Positions 27,524-36,779 of a stretch of 64,000 nt of DNA are shown one piece after another. The DNA comes from Angustibacter luteus. GTDB taxonomy: Bacteria; Actinomycetota; Actinomycetes; Actinomycetales; Angustibacteraceae. A program made the translations under genes and the position numbers. Position 1 is the stretch's first letter. Each line of letters opens with the position of its first letter. The stretch spans positions 1 through 64,000 of the forward strand of contig NZ_BAABFP010000002.1 in NCBI RefSeq assembly GCF_039541115.1. The letters run 5' to 3'. A model generated the notes under the pieces. The model did no database searches. It saw nothing but the letters and a program-made list of their open reading frames with translations, and was not told where the DNA came from.

Positions 27524-28627
27524 TCAGACGGACGACGGCACGCCGGGCCGGACGCCAGCCGGCATCACGTGGGAGCCGGCCGCGGCACCGCGCTTGCGCA
27601 GCCCCATCACGAAGGCGAGCACGTGCGCGACGGCGGAGTACAGGTCGGCCGGGATCTCCTGGCCGATCTCGCAGGCCGCGTGCAGCGCCCGCGCGAGCGG
27701 CACGTCCTGCACGAGCGGGACCCGCTCCTGCGTGGCCCGCTCTCGGATCGCGGCGGCGACGGCGCCGGAGCCCTTCGCCACGACGACCGGCGCCCCGGTG
27801 CCCGGCACGTAGCGCAGCGCCACGGCGACGTGCGTGGGGTTGACCAGCACCACGTCCGCCGACGCCAGGTCGGCCATCATCCGGTTGCGGCTCATGGCGA
27901 ACGCGAGAGCCCGGCGGTGGCCCTTGATGTGCGGGTCCCCCTCGGACTGCTTGTGCTCCTGCTGGATGTCGTGCTTGGACATCTTGATCTGCTTGTTGAT
28001 GTGCCGGCGCTTGACCATGTAGTCGCCGATGGCCATCACGAGCCCGACGAGCACGGCGGCTCGAACCAGGTTCAGCACCCCGGAGGCCGTGACACCCAGC
28101 GTGCTCGCCAAGGGCGCGTTCACCGCGCCGGTGAGCTTCGGGGTGATCGCGGCGACGACGCCCCAGAGCACCGCGGCCAGCAGCGCCGTCTTGATCAGGA
28201 TCTTGCCGGCCTCCCACCACGTCATCACCCCGACGAGGCGCTTGACGCCCTGCACCAGGTTGAGCGGCTTGAAGCTCGGCTTCAGCTTCTTGGTCGCCGG
28301 GTGGATACCGCCCTGGGCCGCCGCGGCGGCGATGCCGATCACCATGATCCCGGCGACCAGCGGCAGCATGGCCATCGCCGCACCGGAGAGCCCCTTGCCG
28401 AGCAGCGCGAGCGCACGGTCCGGATCGGGGTCGACGATGGCGGCGCTCACACCCATCATCAGGGCCACCAGCACGTCCATCACGGACTGCGCGGCGCGCG
28501 GCACCAGGAAGGTCGCAGCGAGCATCGCCAGCCACGCCCCCAGGTCCGGGGTCCGCGCGACCTGCCCCTCCTTGCGCGCCTCCTTGAGCCGCTTGGCGGT
28601 GGGCTTCTCGGTCTTCTCGCCGCTCAC
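27524..28627 (-). CDS. flhB: Flagellar export protein FlhB
   Basis: EKTEKPTAKRLKEARKEGQV, NPTH autocleavage motif. Confidence 0.97.
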   Translation of the reverse strand: MSGEKTEKPTAKRLKEARKEGQVARTPDLGAWLAMLAATFLVPRAAQSVMDVLVALMMGVSAAIVDPDPDRALALLGKGLSGAAMAMLPLVAGIMVIGIAAAAAQGGIHPATKKLKPSFKPLNLVQGVKRLVGVMTWWEAGKILIKTALLAAVLWGVVAAITPKLTGAVNAPLASTLGVTASGVLNLVRAAVLVGLVMAIGDYMVKRRHINKQIKMSKHDIQQEHKQSEGDPHIKGHRRALAFAMSRNRMMADLASADVVLVNPTHVAVALRYVPGTGAPVVVAKGSGAVAAAIRERATQERVPLVQDVPLARALHAACEIGQEIPADLYSAVAHVLAFVMGLRKRGAAAGSHVMPAGVRPGVPSSV

Positions 28628-29388
28628 AGCCCCACCACCTTGAGCATCGTCGCGCCCGCGGTGCCGGCCAACCCGTCGACCACACCGGGCAGGGCGACGA
28701 GCACCGAGCCCACCAGGACCAGGGTCAGCATGATCTTGAACGGGAACCCGAGCGAGAACGCGTTGAGGGACGGCGCGATCCGGGTCAGCAGCCCGAGCGC
28801 GACGTCGGCCAGGAACAGCACGGCCAGCACGGGCGCGGCGATCTGCAGCGCGGCGAGCATCATCTGCCCGATCCCGCCGGCCAGCACGTCGGAGAACGTG
28901 GCGAGGTTCAGCCCCGCGTCCAACGGGATCGCCCGATAGCTGCGGAAGAAGCCCTGCAGCACGATCAGGTACGCGCCGGAGGCCATCAGCAGCGTGGTCG
29001 ACAGCAGCTGGAAGAACTTGCCGAACACGGCGTTCCCCTGCTGCATCAACGGGTCGAAGGCGAACGACAGCGAGAACCCGCCGAACACGTCGAGCAGGTC
29101 ACCGGCCGCCTGCACGGCGGTGAAGATGAGCAGGCACAGGAAGCCGAGTGCGGCCCCGGTGACCAGCTGCAGCACCATCGCGGAGATCACGGCAGCGGTT
29201 TCGGCGGGTGGCGGTTTCAGGTCGCCGGCCGCCACCACGGGAAGCGCGATCACCACGGACAACAGGGCCTTGACGGTGCGCGGGATCGCCTTGTTGGAGA
29301 ACGGCGGGGCGATCGCCAGCCACGCCGCCGCGCGCATGGCGGCCAGCATGACCGTCAGCAGCAGGTCGGCGGGCAGGTCGATCGGCAC
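28624..29388 (-). CDS. fliR: Flagellar export protein FliR
   Basis: AGDLLDVFGGF, LLTRIAPSLNAFSLGFPFK. Confidence 0.95.
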   Translation of the reverse strand: MPIDLPADLLLTVMLAAMRAAAWLAIAPPFSNKAIPRTVKALLSVVIALPVVAAGDLKPPPAETAAVISAMVLQLVTGAALGFLCLLIFTAVQAAGDLLDVFGGFSLSFAFDPLMQQGNAVFGKFFQLLSTTLLMASGAYLIVLQGFFRSYRAIPLDAGLNLATFSDVLAGGIGQMMLAALQIAAPVLAVLFLADVALGLLTRIAPSLNAFSLGFPFKIMLTLVLVGSVLVALPGVVDGLAGTAGATMLKVVGL

Positions 29389-29391
29389 GGC

Positions 29392-29667
29392 TCAGCCGTT
29401 CAACAGGATCGCGGGGATGCGTTCGTAGAGCTGGGTGGTGAAGCTGACGAGCTCGTGCAGCATCCAGTTGCCGCAGATCACGATGACCAGGGCGATGCCG
29501 ATGGCCTTGGGGACGAAGCTGAGCGTGGCTTCCTGGATCTGGGTGACCGACTGGAACAGGGACACCCCGAACCCGATGGCCAGCGCCGTGAGCAGGATCG
29601 GCGCACACAGCTTGGCGGAGAGCAGCATCGCCTGCAGGCCGAGCTCGATGACGGTCTGGTCCTTCAC
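29392..29667 (-). CDS. fliQ: Flagellar export protein FliQ
   Basis: SLFQSVTQIQEATLSFVPK. Confidence 0.96.
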   Translation of the reverse strand: MKDQTVIELGLQAMLLSAKLCAPILLTALAIGFGVSLFQSVTQIQEATLSFVPKAIGIALVIVICGNWMLHELVSFTTQLYERIPAILLNG

Positions 29668-29680
29668 GCGGCGGCCCCCC

Positions 29681-30562
29681 TCACCGGTAGCTCGCGACGA
29701 GGGCGTGCACGATCAGTCCCCAACCGTCCACCAGGACGAAGAGCAGGAGCTTGAACGGCAGCGACACGGTCACCGGCGGCAGCATCATCATGCCGAGCGA
29801 CATCAGCGCAGCGGAGACGACCAGGTCGATGACCAGGAACGGGATGAAGACCAGGAAGCCGATCAGGAACGCCGACCGGAGCTCGGACAGCGCGAACGCC
29901 GGCACCAGGGTGGACAGCGGCACGGACGCCGCGTTCTTCGGCTTCGGCTGGTTCGCGGCACTGGTGATCAGCGCCAGCTCCTCGGGCCGGGTCTTGGACA
30001 CCATGAACTTCTTGAGCGGCTTGCTGCCGGCGTCGAACGCCTGGCTCGCCGTCATGTCGCCCTTCAGGTACGGCTGGATGCCGTCCTGGTTCACCGCAGT
30101 GAACACGGGTGCCATCACGAACATCGTGAGGAACAGCGCGAGCCCGGCCAGCACCTGGTTCGGCGGCGTCGTCTGCAGCCCGAGGGCGTTCCGGGTGATG
30201 CTGAGCACCACGAAGATCTTGGTGAAGCTCGTGGTGAGCAGCAGCAGGGCCGGGGCCACCGAGAGTGCGGTGACGGCCAGGATGATGACGATCGAGCTGG
30301 ACGGCTTCTGGCCGTCCGAACCCGTGCCACCGATCTGGATGCTGACTCCCCCGGACGCCGGGTCGGTCGGCTTCGTGGGGGCCTTCGGGTCGGCCATGAA
30401 CGCGGCCGGCGCCGCAGAGACCGTCGTCGAGACCGCGGCAGACACGGAAGCGGGGGCGGCGGCCGGGACGTCGGCCGAGGCCGGTCCGGCGAGCGCGAGA
30501 CCGAGCGCGGACAGCAGCCCGACCAGCAGCGTCGCAGCGAGCAGCCGGCCACTCGAGATCAC
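29681..30562 (-). CDS. fliP: Flagellar export protein FliP
   Basis: TSFTKIFVVL, TPPNQVL, PAFALSEL, MGMMMLPP-like LGMMMLPP, LPFKLLLFVLVDGW. Confidence 0.96.
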   Translation of the reverse strand: MISSGRLLAATLLVGLLSALGLALAGPASADVPAAAPASVSAAVSTTVSAAPAAFMADPKAPTKPTDPASGGVSIQIGGTGSDGQKPSSSIVIILAVTALSVAPALLLLTTSFTKIFVVLSITRNALGLQTTPPNQVLAGLALFLTMFVMAPVFTAVNQDGIQPYLKGDMTASQAFDAGSKPLKKFMVSKTRPEELALITSAANQPKPKNAASVPLSTLVPAFALSELRSAFLIGFLVFIPFLVIDLVVSAALMSLGMMMLPPVTVSLPFKLLLFVLVDGWGLIVHALVASYR

Positions 30563-31029
30563 TTGCGCACCGTCATCTCACGCACGGCGTCGAGGGCCTT
30601 GGACCAGGTGGCCGGCGAGAGAGCCGACCCTGCGAGCGGCCCCGTCGCGGGCTGGGAGACCTTCCGCTGCGGGGGCACGGCGACCGTGGCGTCGTTCCCG
30701 ACGACCGGCGCGGGCGTCACCTCGGTGGGGAGGTCCGCGCCGTCCTCGCTCTCCGCGATCGCGTCAGCGAGCATCAGGGACGCGACAGGATGGTCGGCGA
30801 GCAGCTCGACCCGGCTCTCGGTGACGCCGAGCACGAGCGCCCGGTCGCCGACCTTCACGACGGCCACGGACGCGCTGCGCGCGAGCGGCTGGCGAGCCAG
30901 GACGTCGACGTCCACCCCGCGTGAGGTACGGCGCTGGTTCTTGCGCATGGTCCGCGCAGCGAGCCAGAGCAGCACCAGCACCACGGCCAGGGACAGGATG
31001 ACCCGTCCGGCCAGGGCGAGGAAATCCAT
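30559..31029 (-). CDS. fliO: Flagellar protein FliO
   Basis: N-terminal TM helix, then VLARQPL...VAVVKVGDRALVLGVT; lies between fliN and fliP. Confidence 0.88.
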   Translation of the reverse strand: MDFLALAGRVILSLAVVLVLLWLAARTMRKNQRRTSRGVDVDVLARQPLARSASVAVVKVGDRALVLGVTESRVELLADHPVASLMLADAIAESEDGADLPTEVTPAPVVGNDATVAVPPQRKVSQPATGPLAGSALSPATWSKALDAVREMTVRK

Positions 31030-31757
31030 CAGGCGTGGTCCGGCAGGGAGCTGGAGATGAGTTCGGTGATCTTCAACGCGTAGTCCTCGTCGACGACGAC
31101 CACCTCGCCGCGAGCGATGAGCCGTCCGTTCACCAGCAGGTCGGCGGGGCTGCCGGCGAGCCGGTCCAGCTCGACGACGGCGCCGGGCTGCAGGTTCAGC
31201 AGCTCGCGCACGGTCATCGTGGTGCGGCCGAGCTCGGCGCTGAGCTCCATGACGACGTCCTGCAGGAGCTCCATGCCCGCACTGGGGCCGGCCGGGCGCG
31301 CGGCGGGGGCCGCTGCGCTGGACGGGGCGGCAGAGACGGCGATCCAGGCGGCCGGCCCCGTCGTGCCCTGCAGCGGGATGATCGTGGCGTCCTGAGCCTG
31401 CAGCAGCGTGATCGCGCCGGCCGCGGTGGTCTCCGCGACGGTGGCGAGGGTGCCGACACCGAGGGCGACCCGCAGGGCCTCGAGGGCGGGCCGCAGCGCG
31501 TCCACCAGCGGCAGCGGTCCCATGGGCGAGTCGGCGAGCGACGCTGCCAGCTCGCGCTGGACGATCACCACGACCGAGCCGACGCGGGCGCCGAGCACGT
31601 CGGCGTGGGCGGCGACGGCGTCCGGCGGGATGGACGACGCCGCCTCGTCGAGGCTCATGACCTGCCCGGCGGACAACGGCGCGCTCGTCGGCAAGAGGTC
31701 CGCCACGGCCTGCGCGGTGGCGAGGACGTCCTGCTCGAGGTGGGTGATCGTGGTCAT
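31029..31757 (-). CDS. fliN: C-ring protein FliN with an N-terminal extension
   Basis: LLQDVVMELSAELGRT...GAVVELDRLAGSPADLLVNGRLIARGEVVVVD. Confidence 0.92.
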   Translation of the reverse strand: MTTITHLEQDVLATAQAVADLLPTSAPLSAGQVMSLDEAASSIPPDAVAAHADVLGARVGSVVVIVQRELAASLADSPMGPLPLVDALRPALEALRVALGVGTLATVAETTAAGAITLLQAQDATIIPLQGTTGPAAWIAVSAAPSSAAAPAARPAGPSAGMELLQDVVMELSAELGRTTMTVRELLNLQPGAVVELDRLAGSPADLLVNGRLIARGEVVVVDEDYALKITELISSSLPDHA

Positions 31758-32731
31758 TCGCTGGCCCTTCTGGACAGAACAGAGTTGGCGAGGGACGCGG
31801 CAGCCGAGGAGCTGATCGCGGAGTCGGTGATGGCGGAGTCGGTGATCAGGCAGGCGGCGCGCGGGCCCTGGGCGCCGGCGACGCCGCGGGCGAAGACGAT
31901 GCCGGCGGACACCAGGTCCAGCGGGCGGTCGACCGGGTGGCCGAGCTTGACGAGGTCACCCTCGCGCAGCTCGAGCAGGCGGGCGGTGGGGGTGGCGCGG
32001 GGCACGAACCGGACCGAGACGTCGACCGGAACGTCCTCGACGAGCTGGGTCATCGTCGCGCGGGCGACGGCCTTCGCCTGCCGGGCGCCGGGGTCGTCCG
32101 CCCCGCTGCCGTCGCCGCTGCGCATGACCAGCGTGGCCGCGGGCAGCGCGACGCTGGCCGGCGCGGAGGCCTCACCGATCGTGATGATGAAGGTCGCCAC
32201 GATGTAGAGGTCCGTGGCGGCCGCGACCTGCACGAACTGCGGGTTGAACTCGAGCGACTTGAAGACCGGGTCGACGTCGGTCACCGCGGCCAGCCCGTAG
32301 CGCAGCTCGCCGAGCATCCGCTCGATGACCCGGAGCAGCAGCTGGGTCTCGATCTCGGTGGGGATGCGGTCGGGCTGCTCGCCACCGGTGCCGCCGAGCA
32401 TGCGCTCGATGGCCTCGAAGCCGAGGTGTGGCGCGACCTGCAGGAACGCGGCGCCGCCGTGCGGGTCCGGCGCGAAGACGGCCAGCAGGTTCGGCGAGGG
32501 CAGCTCGCTGACGTAGTCGTCGTAGCTGCGCTGCTCGACGCCGCTGAACGCCACCTGGCACGCCGCGCCCAGCTCGGAGCCGAGCACCGTCGCCCACTGG
32601 CGGGCCACGGTCTCGTACACCATCTCCAGCAGCCGACCCTGCTCGCGGGCGAGCTTGGTCGGTCGACGGAAGTCGTACGGCTGCGGTTCAGCGCGGCCAG
32701 CAGTCACGTCGACGCTGTCGTTCGAGGGCAT
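31754..32731 (-). CDS. fliM: C-ring protein FliM
   Basis: YDFRRPTKL, IERMLGG, TEIE, EFNPQFVQ; lacks the N-terminal LSQxEIDALL CheY-binding peptide. Confidence 0.9.
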   Translation of the reverse strand: MPSNDSVDVTAGRAEPQPYDFRRPTKLAREQGRLLEMVYETVARQWATVLGSELGAACQVAFSGVEQRSYDDYVSELPSPNLLAVFAPDPHGGAAFLQVAPHLGFEAIERMLGGTGGEQPDRIPTEIETQLLLRVIERMLGELRYGLAAVTDVDPVFKSLEFNPQFVQVAAATDLYIVATFIITIGEASAPASVALPAATLVMRSGDGSGADDPGARQAKAVARATMTQLVEDVPVDVSVRFVPRATPTARLLELREGDLVKLGHPVDRPLDLVSAGIVFARGVAGAQGPRAACLITDSAITDSAISSSAAASLANSVLSRRASE

Positions 32732-32738
32732 GTGCCAT

Positions 32739-32765
32739 GTATCGGCAAGCAGCCGTCGACCTTTA
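32739..32765 (-). promoter_or_regulatory. sigma28-type promoter of the fliM operon (probably leaderless)
   Basis: TAAA-N15-GCCGATAC, near-perfect consensus, 7 nt before the ATG. Confidence 0.85.
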
Positions 32766-32822
32766 CGCCGAATGGGGCATCTTCTGCCCGTGATCTTGAG
32801 TTACCGGGTCATCCTCGGCGGG

Positions 32823-33305
32823 CTACTGCATCACCAGCGTCGTCGGGTACAGGTCGATGACGTCCTCGCCGTACGCCTTCTCCACGGCCTCGGTCAGCTC
32901 CTTGACCGCCTTGCGGCGCGCGGCGGGCTGGGACAGCACCGTCATCGACTCGCCGCTGAACTGGTCGATCGCGATCGCCAGGGCCCGGCTGGGGTCCGGG
33001 TCCTCCTTCACGCCCTTGGCGAGCTGCAGCGAGAACGACAGCTTCAGGTAGTGCCCGCCCTCGAGGTTGATGTTGATCGGGTCCACCGGGAGCACGGTCC
33101 CCAGCTCGGGCTTCTTGGCCTCGGCCTTGCCGTCGCCACCGCGCAGCAGGAAGAACCAGGCGGCTCCGGCGGCGGCGAGCACCAGCACGACCAGGATCAG
33201 CAGCTTCTTCTTCGACTTCTTCTTGGCCGGCTCCTCCGCCGGCGCGGCGCCAGCGGGGGCAGACGTGCGCATGGTGCTCACGACGCGCTCCTCGGTCTTG
33301 TTCAT
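32823..33305 (-). CDS. fliL: Flagellar basal-body protein FliL
   Basis: KKKSKKKL + TM helix, ININLEGGHYLKL, C-terminal LVMQ. Confidence 0.9.
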   Translation of the reverse strand: MNKTEERVVSTMRTSAPAGAAPAEEPAKKKSKKKLLILVVLVLAAAGAAWFFLLRGGDGKAEAKKPELGTVLPVDPININLEGGHYLKLSFSLQLAKGVKEDPDPSRALAIAIDQFSGESMTVLSQPAARRKAVKELTEAVEKAYGEDVIDLYPTTLVMQ

Positions 33306-33313
33306 CTGATGTC

Positions 33314-34240
33314 CTACATGTCGGAGAGCTGGGGGGCGAGCTTGGGAAGCAGCGCGCGGACCTCAGGGCTCTGGTTGCTGACGAGCACGATGTCGACGCG
33401 CCGGTTGAACGCGATGGAGCGGGGGTCGGAGGCGGGGAACATCGGCCGGGAGGACCCGTAGCCGGTCGCGGACAGCTGGGTGGCGCGGAACTGCCCGTTG
33501 CTGATCAGCCAGCGCACGACGCCGGCTGCGCGCGCCCCGGACAGCTCCCAGTTGGTCGGGTAGACGGAGCTGGTCAGCTTCAGCCGGTTCGCGTGGCCTT
33601 CGACGGCGATGTCGTTCGGCACGTTCCGGATGGCCGGGGACACTGCCTGCAGGACCGTGATGCCCCGCGGGCGCAGGGTGGCGCTGGCGCTCTCGAAGAA
33701 GACGTCGTCCGAGACCATCGCGACGACCAGGCCCCGCTCGGTCACCTTGAAGCGGACGTCGTTCTGCAGGCCCTTGGCCTTCAGGGCCTCCCGGATCTTC
33801 TTCTCGATGCCGTCGAGGCGCTGGACCTCCTTGATCGCGTTGGCCTGGGTGACCTGCTCCTGGGACTGGGCGGTCGGACCCTTGCTGGCGTCCTTGCCGT
33901 CACTGGAGTCCTTGTAGGCCTTCTGGTCCTCGCCGGAGTGCCCGCTGGAGACGGTGCCCAGGCCGACGTCCATGTTCATCGGCTCGGGGACCACGCCGTC
34001 CTGCTGCTGGATGCCGCTGCCACCGGAGATCGGGATGTTCGTGGTGGCCCCGAAGCCGGAGCTCAGCCCTTCCTTCAGCGCGGCGAACTTGTGCTGGTCG
34101 ACCTGGCTGATCGCGAACATCACGATGAACAGCACCATGAGCAGCGTCATCATGTCCGCGTAGGAGACGAGCCACCGCTCGTGGTTCTCGTGCTCCTCCT
34201 CGTGGGCGCCACCGCGTCGACCGCCCCCGCGGGCAGACAT
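33314..34240 (-). CDS. motB: Flagellar stator MotB
   Basis: ERWLVSYADMMTLLMVLFIVMFA (conserved Asp); OmpA-like NWELSGARA, NRRVDI. Confidence 0.95.
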   Translation of the reverse strand: MSARGGGRRGGAHEEEHENHERWLVSYADMMTLLMVLFIVMFAISQVDQHKFAALKEGLSSGFGATTNIPISGGSGIQQQDGVVPEPMNMDVGLGTVSSGHSGEDQKAYKDSSDGKDASKGPTAQSQEQVTQANAIKEVQRLDGIEKKIREALKAKGLQNDVRFKVTERGLVVAMVSDDVFFESASATLRPRGITVLQAVSPAIRNVPNDIAVEGHANRLKLTSSVYPTNWELSGARAAGVVRWLISNGQFRATQLSATGYGSSRPMFPASDPRSIAFNRRVDIVLVSNQSPEVRALLPKLAPQLSDM

Positions 34241-35007
34241 CAGGCCGCTTCCTTCTGCGCGGGTGCCGGCGGCAGGAAGCTCTGCAGCTTCTCCTGGACG
34301 ACCCGCGGGCTGGTGCCGGACTGGATGGCCAGCACGCCCTCGACGGCGACCTCCATCTGGTGGCAGGCGCTCTCGGACAGCCGCTTGAGCCGGCTGGCGA
34401 TGGGCAGCCACAGGATGTTGGCGCTGAGCACGCCCCAGAGGGTCGCGACGAAGGCGCCGGCGATCAGGTGGCCGAGCTCAGCGGGCTCGCTGAGGTTCTC
34501 CAGCACGTGCACCAGGCCGATGACGGTGCCGATGATGCCGATGGTCGGTGCGTAGCCGCCCATGTCGGCGTAGAACTTCGCGGCGCGCTTGTCCTCGGCG
34601 CGCTTGGTGTCGATCTGCGCGTAGAGGATGTCGCGCAGCTCCTCGGGGTCGGCGCCGTCGATCGCGGACTGCAGGCCCTGGCGCAGGAACGCGTCCTCGA
34701 TGTCCTGGACGGCGGACTCCAGCGCCAGCAGGCCCTCGCGGCGCGCGCTCTCGGCGAGCCGGACCACGGTGGCGACGGTCTCGTCGGCACTGGTCGGCGC
34801 ACCCATGAAGGCGTCCTTCAGAGCGGCCGCGGACTTCTTGGCGTCACTGAGCAGGCCACCGGCCAGTCCCGCGCCGATGGTGCCGACGAACACGAGCAGC
34901 AGCGGCGGCAGCAGGAAGATCGCCATCGGGTTGCCGCCCTCGAGGATCATCGAGGCGAAGATGGCCACGAAGGCCAGCACGATGCCAATGATCGTCGCGG
35001 GATCCAT
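34240..35007 (-). CDS. motA: Flagellar stator MotA
   Basis: ARREGLLALE, GYAPTIGIIGTVIGL, AFVATLWG. Confidence 0.96.
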   Translation of the reverse strand: MDPATIIGIVLAFVAIFASMILEGGNPMAIFLLPPLLLVFVGTIGAGLAGGLLSDAKKSAAALKDAFMGAPTSADETVATVVRLAESARREGLLALESAVQDIEDAFLRQGLQSAIDGADPEELRDILYAQIDTKRAEDKRAAKFYADMGGYAPTIGIIGTVIGLVHVLENLSEPAELGHLIAGAFVATLWGVLSANILWLPIASRLKRLSESACHQMEVAVEGVLAIQSGTSPRVVQEKLQSFLPPAPAQKEAA

Positions 35008-35282
35008 CAGTGGCTCCGCAGGGGCCGCAGCGGCACGGCAGTGGCGATGTACTCCTCGACGGGCTCGGGCTCCTCGGCGATGACAGCCAAGTGCTGGGCG
35101 AGCGCCACGACGGACGCTCGGTGGGTCAGGACGCGCTCGCTGAGCACCTCGATGGGCTCGACGACGACGTACTTCGTGCCGTCGACGAGCGTCACGACGG
35201 TGTCAGGCGTCGCTTCGGCCTTCTGGATCAGGTCGGGATTCAGTACGAATCCGGGCCCGTTCAGGCGGGTGAGGTGAATCAC
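35007..35282 (-). CDS. flbD: FlbD (SwrD-like) flagellar protein
   Basis: (M)IHLTRLNG...LNPDLIQKAEATPDTVVTLVDGTKYVVVE; GTG start downstream of the sigma28 promoter. Confidence 0.9.
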   Translation of the reverse strand: MIHLTRLNGPGFVLNPDLIQKAEATPDTVVTLVDGTKYVVVEPIEVLSERVLTHRASVVALAQHLAVIAEEPEPVEEYIATAVPLRPLRSH

Positions 35283-35335
35283 GGGGTCCGTCCCTGGGGT
35301 GCTGCGGCCACCCGTCCATGAGTGGCTCATCCCCC

Positions 35336-35362
35336 CCATCGGCCGACGTCCCGCGGTCCTGA
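35336..35362 (-). promoter_or_regulatory. sigma28-type promoter of flbD-motAB-fliL
   Basis: TCAG-N15-GCCGATGG; GGA-loop hairpin at 35307-35326 in the leader. Confidence 0.78.
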
Positions 35363-35396
35363 GTGCTTCGTCGCCGAAGTGCTCGACAGACGACAA

Positions 35397-35453
35397 CGGG
35401 GCGAACGTGCATGATCACCGCGGAGTGGGTGGTGATCATGCACGTTCGCCCCG
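35397..35453. repeat. Palindromic REP/MITE-like element, copy 2
   Basis: CGGGGCGAACGTGCATGATCACC...GGTGATCATGCACGTTCGCCCCG, just after the flgE stop. Confidence 0.8.
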
Positions 35454-35471
35454 GGCCGGGCTGGTTCAGGG

Positions 35472-36650
35472 TCAGCGCTTGATGTTGACCAGGTCCTGCA
35501 GGATCTCGTCGCCGGCGGTGATGATGCGCGAGTTCGCCTGGAAGCCGCGCTGGGCGACGATCAGGTTGGTGAACTCGGCGGCCAGGTCGACGTTGGACAT
35601 CTCCAGGGCGCCCACGGCCAGCGCGCCGCGCGAGCCGCTGCCCGGCGTACCGAGCTGCACCAGACCGGAGTTGCTCGATGCCAGGTAACCGGACGCCCCA
35701 CCCTTGATCAGGCCGTTCGGGTTCGCGAAGGTCGCCATGGCCAGCTGGCCGAGGGCCTTGGTCTGGCCGTTGCTGAACGTGCCGGTGACGACGCCGTCGG
35801 CGCCGAACATGAAGCCCTGCAGGGTGCCGGCCTCGGCGCCGTCCGCCTTCGCGACGGCCAGGGTGCTCAGGCCCGAGTAGCCGGTCAGGTTCGACAGGTC
35901 GACGGCCACGCCGCCCACCGTCATGGACGCCGGGTTCGGGGCGCTGCCGTCGGCCGCGAAGGTCAGCGTGCCGGTGGAGGTCGCGGTTCCGTCGGTCATC
36001 GTGATGTCCCACGTGGTGGCGGAGGTGCGGGTGAAGGTGGCGTTCAGCGAGCGCGCCTTGCCCTGCGCGTCGTAGACGTCGACGGACGTCTGCGGCGACG
36101 TGGTCAGCGAACCGTCCGCCGGCAGGTTGCCACTGAGCTGCACCGTGGAGGTGGCCTGCGGCTGGATCGTCGAGGCGATCGGGATGGACAGGTCGGTGAC
36201 GGCGCCGTTGACGTTGATGTTGCCGTTGGTGTCGGCCATCCAGCCCTGCAGGATGCCGCCGTCCGGGCCGACGAGGCGGCCGTTGGCGTCGAAGCCGAGC
36301 GCGCCGTTGCGGGTGTACACGTTCTGTCCGTTGAGCCGCTCCACGAAGAAGCCGTCGCCCTGGATCATCAGGTCGGCGCCGCGGCCGGTGCTCTGCGCCG
36401 CGCCCGGGTTGAAGTTGGTGGTGATCGCCGCCACGCGGACGCCCAGGCCGATCTGGGACGGGTTGGTGCCACCGCGGCCGGCGCTCGGCGCGCTGGCGCC
36501 CTGGACGAGCTGGCTCAGGGTGTCCTGGAAGACCGTGTTGGAGGCCTTGAAGCCGGTGGTGTTCACGTTCGCGATGTTGTTGCCGACGACGTCCATCATC
36601 GTCTGGTTGGCGCGCAGGCCGCTGATGCCGGAGTACAGGGAGCGAAGCAT
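35472..36650 (-). CDS. flgE: Flagellar hook protein
   Basis: GNNIANVNTTGFK, YTRNG, LEMSNVDLAAEFTNLIVAQRGFQANSR. Confidence 0.95.
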   Translation of the reverse strand: MLRSLYSGISGLRANQTMMDVVGNNIANVNTTGFKASNTVFQDTLSQLVQGASAPSAGRGGTNPSQIGLGVRVAAITTNFNPGAAQSTGRGADLMIQGDGFFVERLNGQNVYTRNGALGFDANGRLVGPDGGILQGWMADTNGNINVNGAVTDLSIPIASTIQPQATSTVQLSGNLPADGSLTTSPQTSVDVYDAQGKARSLNATFTRTSATTWDITMTDGTATSTGTLTFAADGSAPNPASMTVGGVAVDLSNLTGYSGLSTLAVAKADGAEAGTLQGFMFGADGVVTGTFSNGQTKALGQLAMATFANPNGLIKGGASGYLASSNSGLVQLGTPGSGSRGALAVGALEMSNVDLAAEFTNLIVAQRGFQANSRIITAGDEILQDLVNIKR

Positions 36651-36779
36651 TCGTCTTCTCCTCTAAGGGGCGGGACGTCGGTCCCGCTGGGGCTCATGGG
36701 TTCTGGCGCATCCGTGCGCCCGACCTTCGCTTCCGTGCAGTGGTCTGGGGTGGGGCCGGCTGGCCCCGCGGTCTCGCCG

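Noticed and set aside
24292..27843. 1183-aa plus-strand ORF (also 8068-10737, 11769-13778, 46869-48791, 59495-61444)
   Set aside because: Antisense shadows of well-supported genes, expected in high-GC DNA; no motifs
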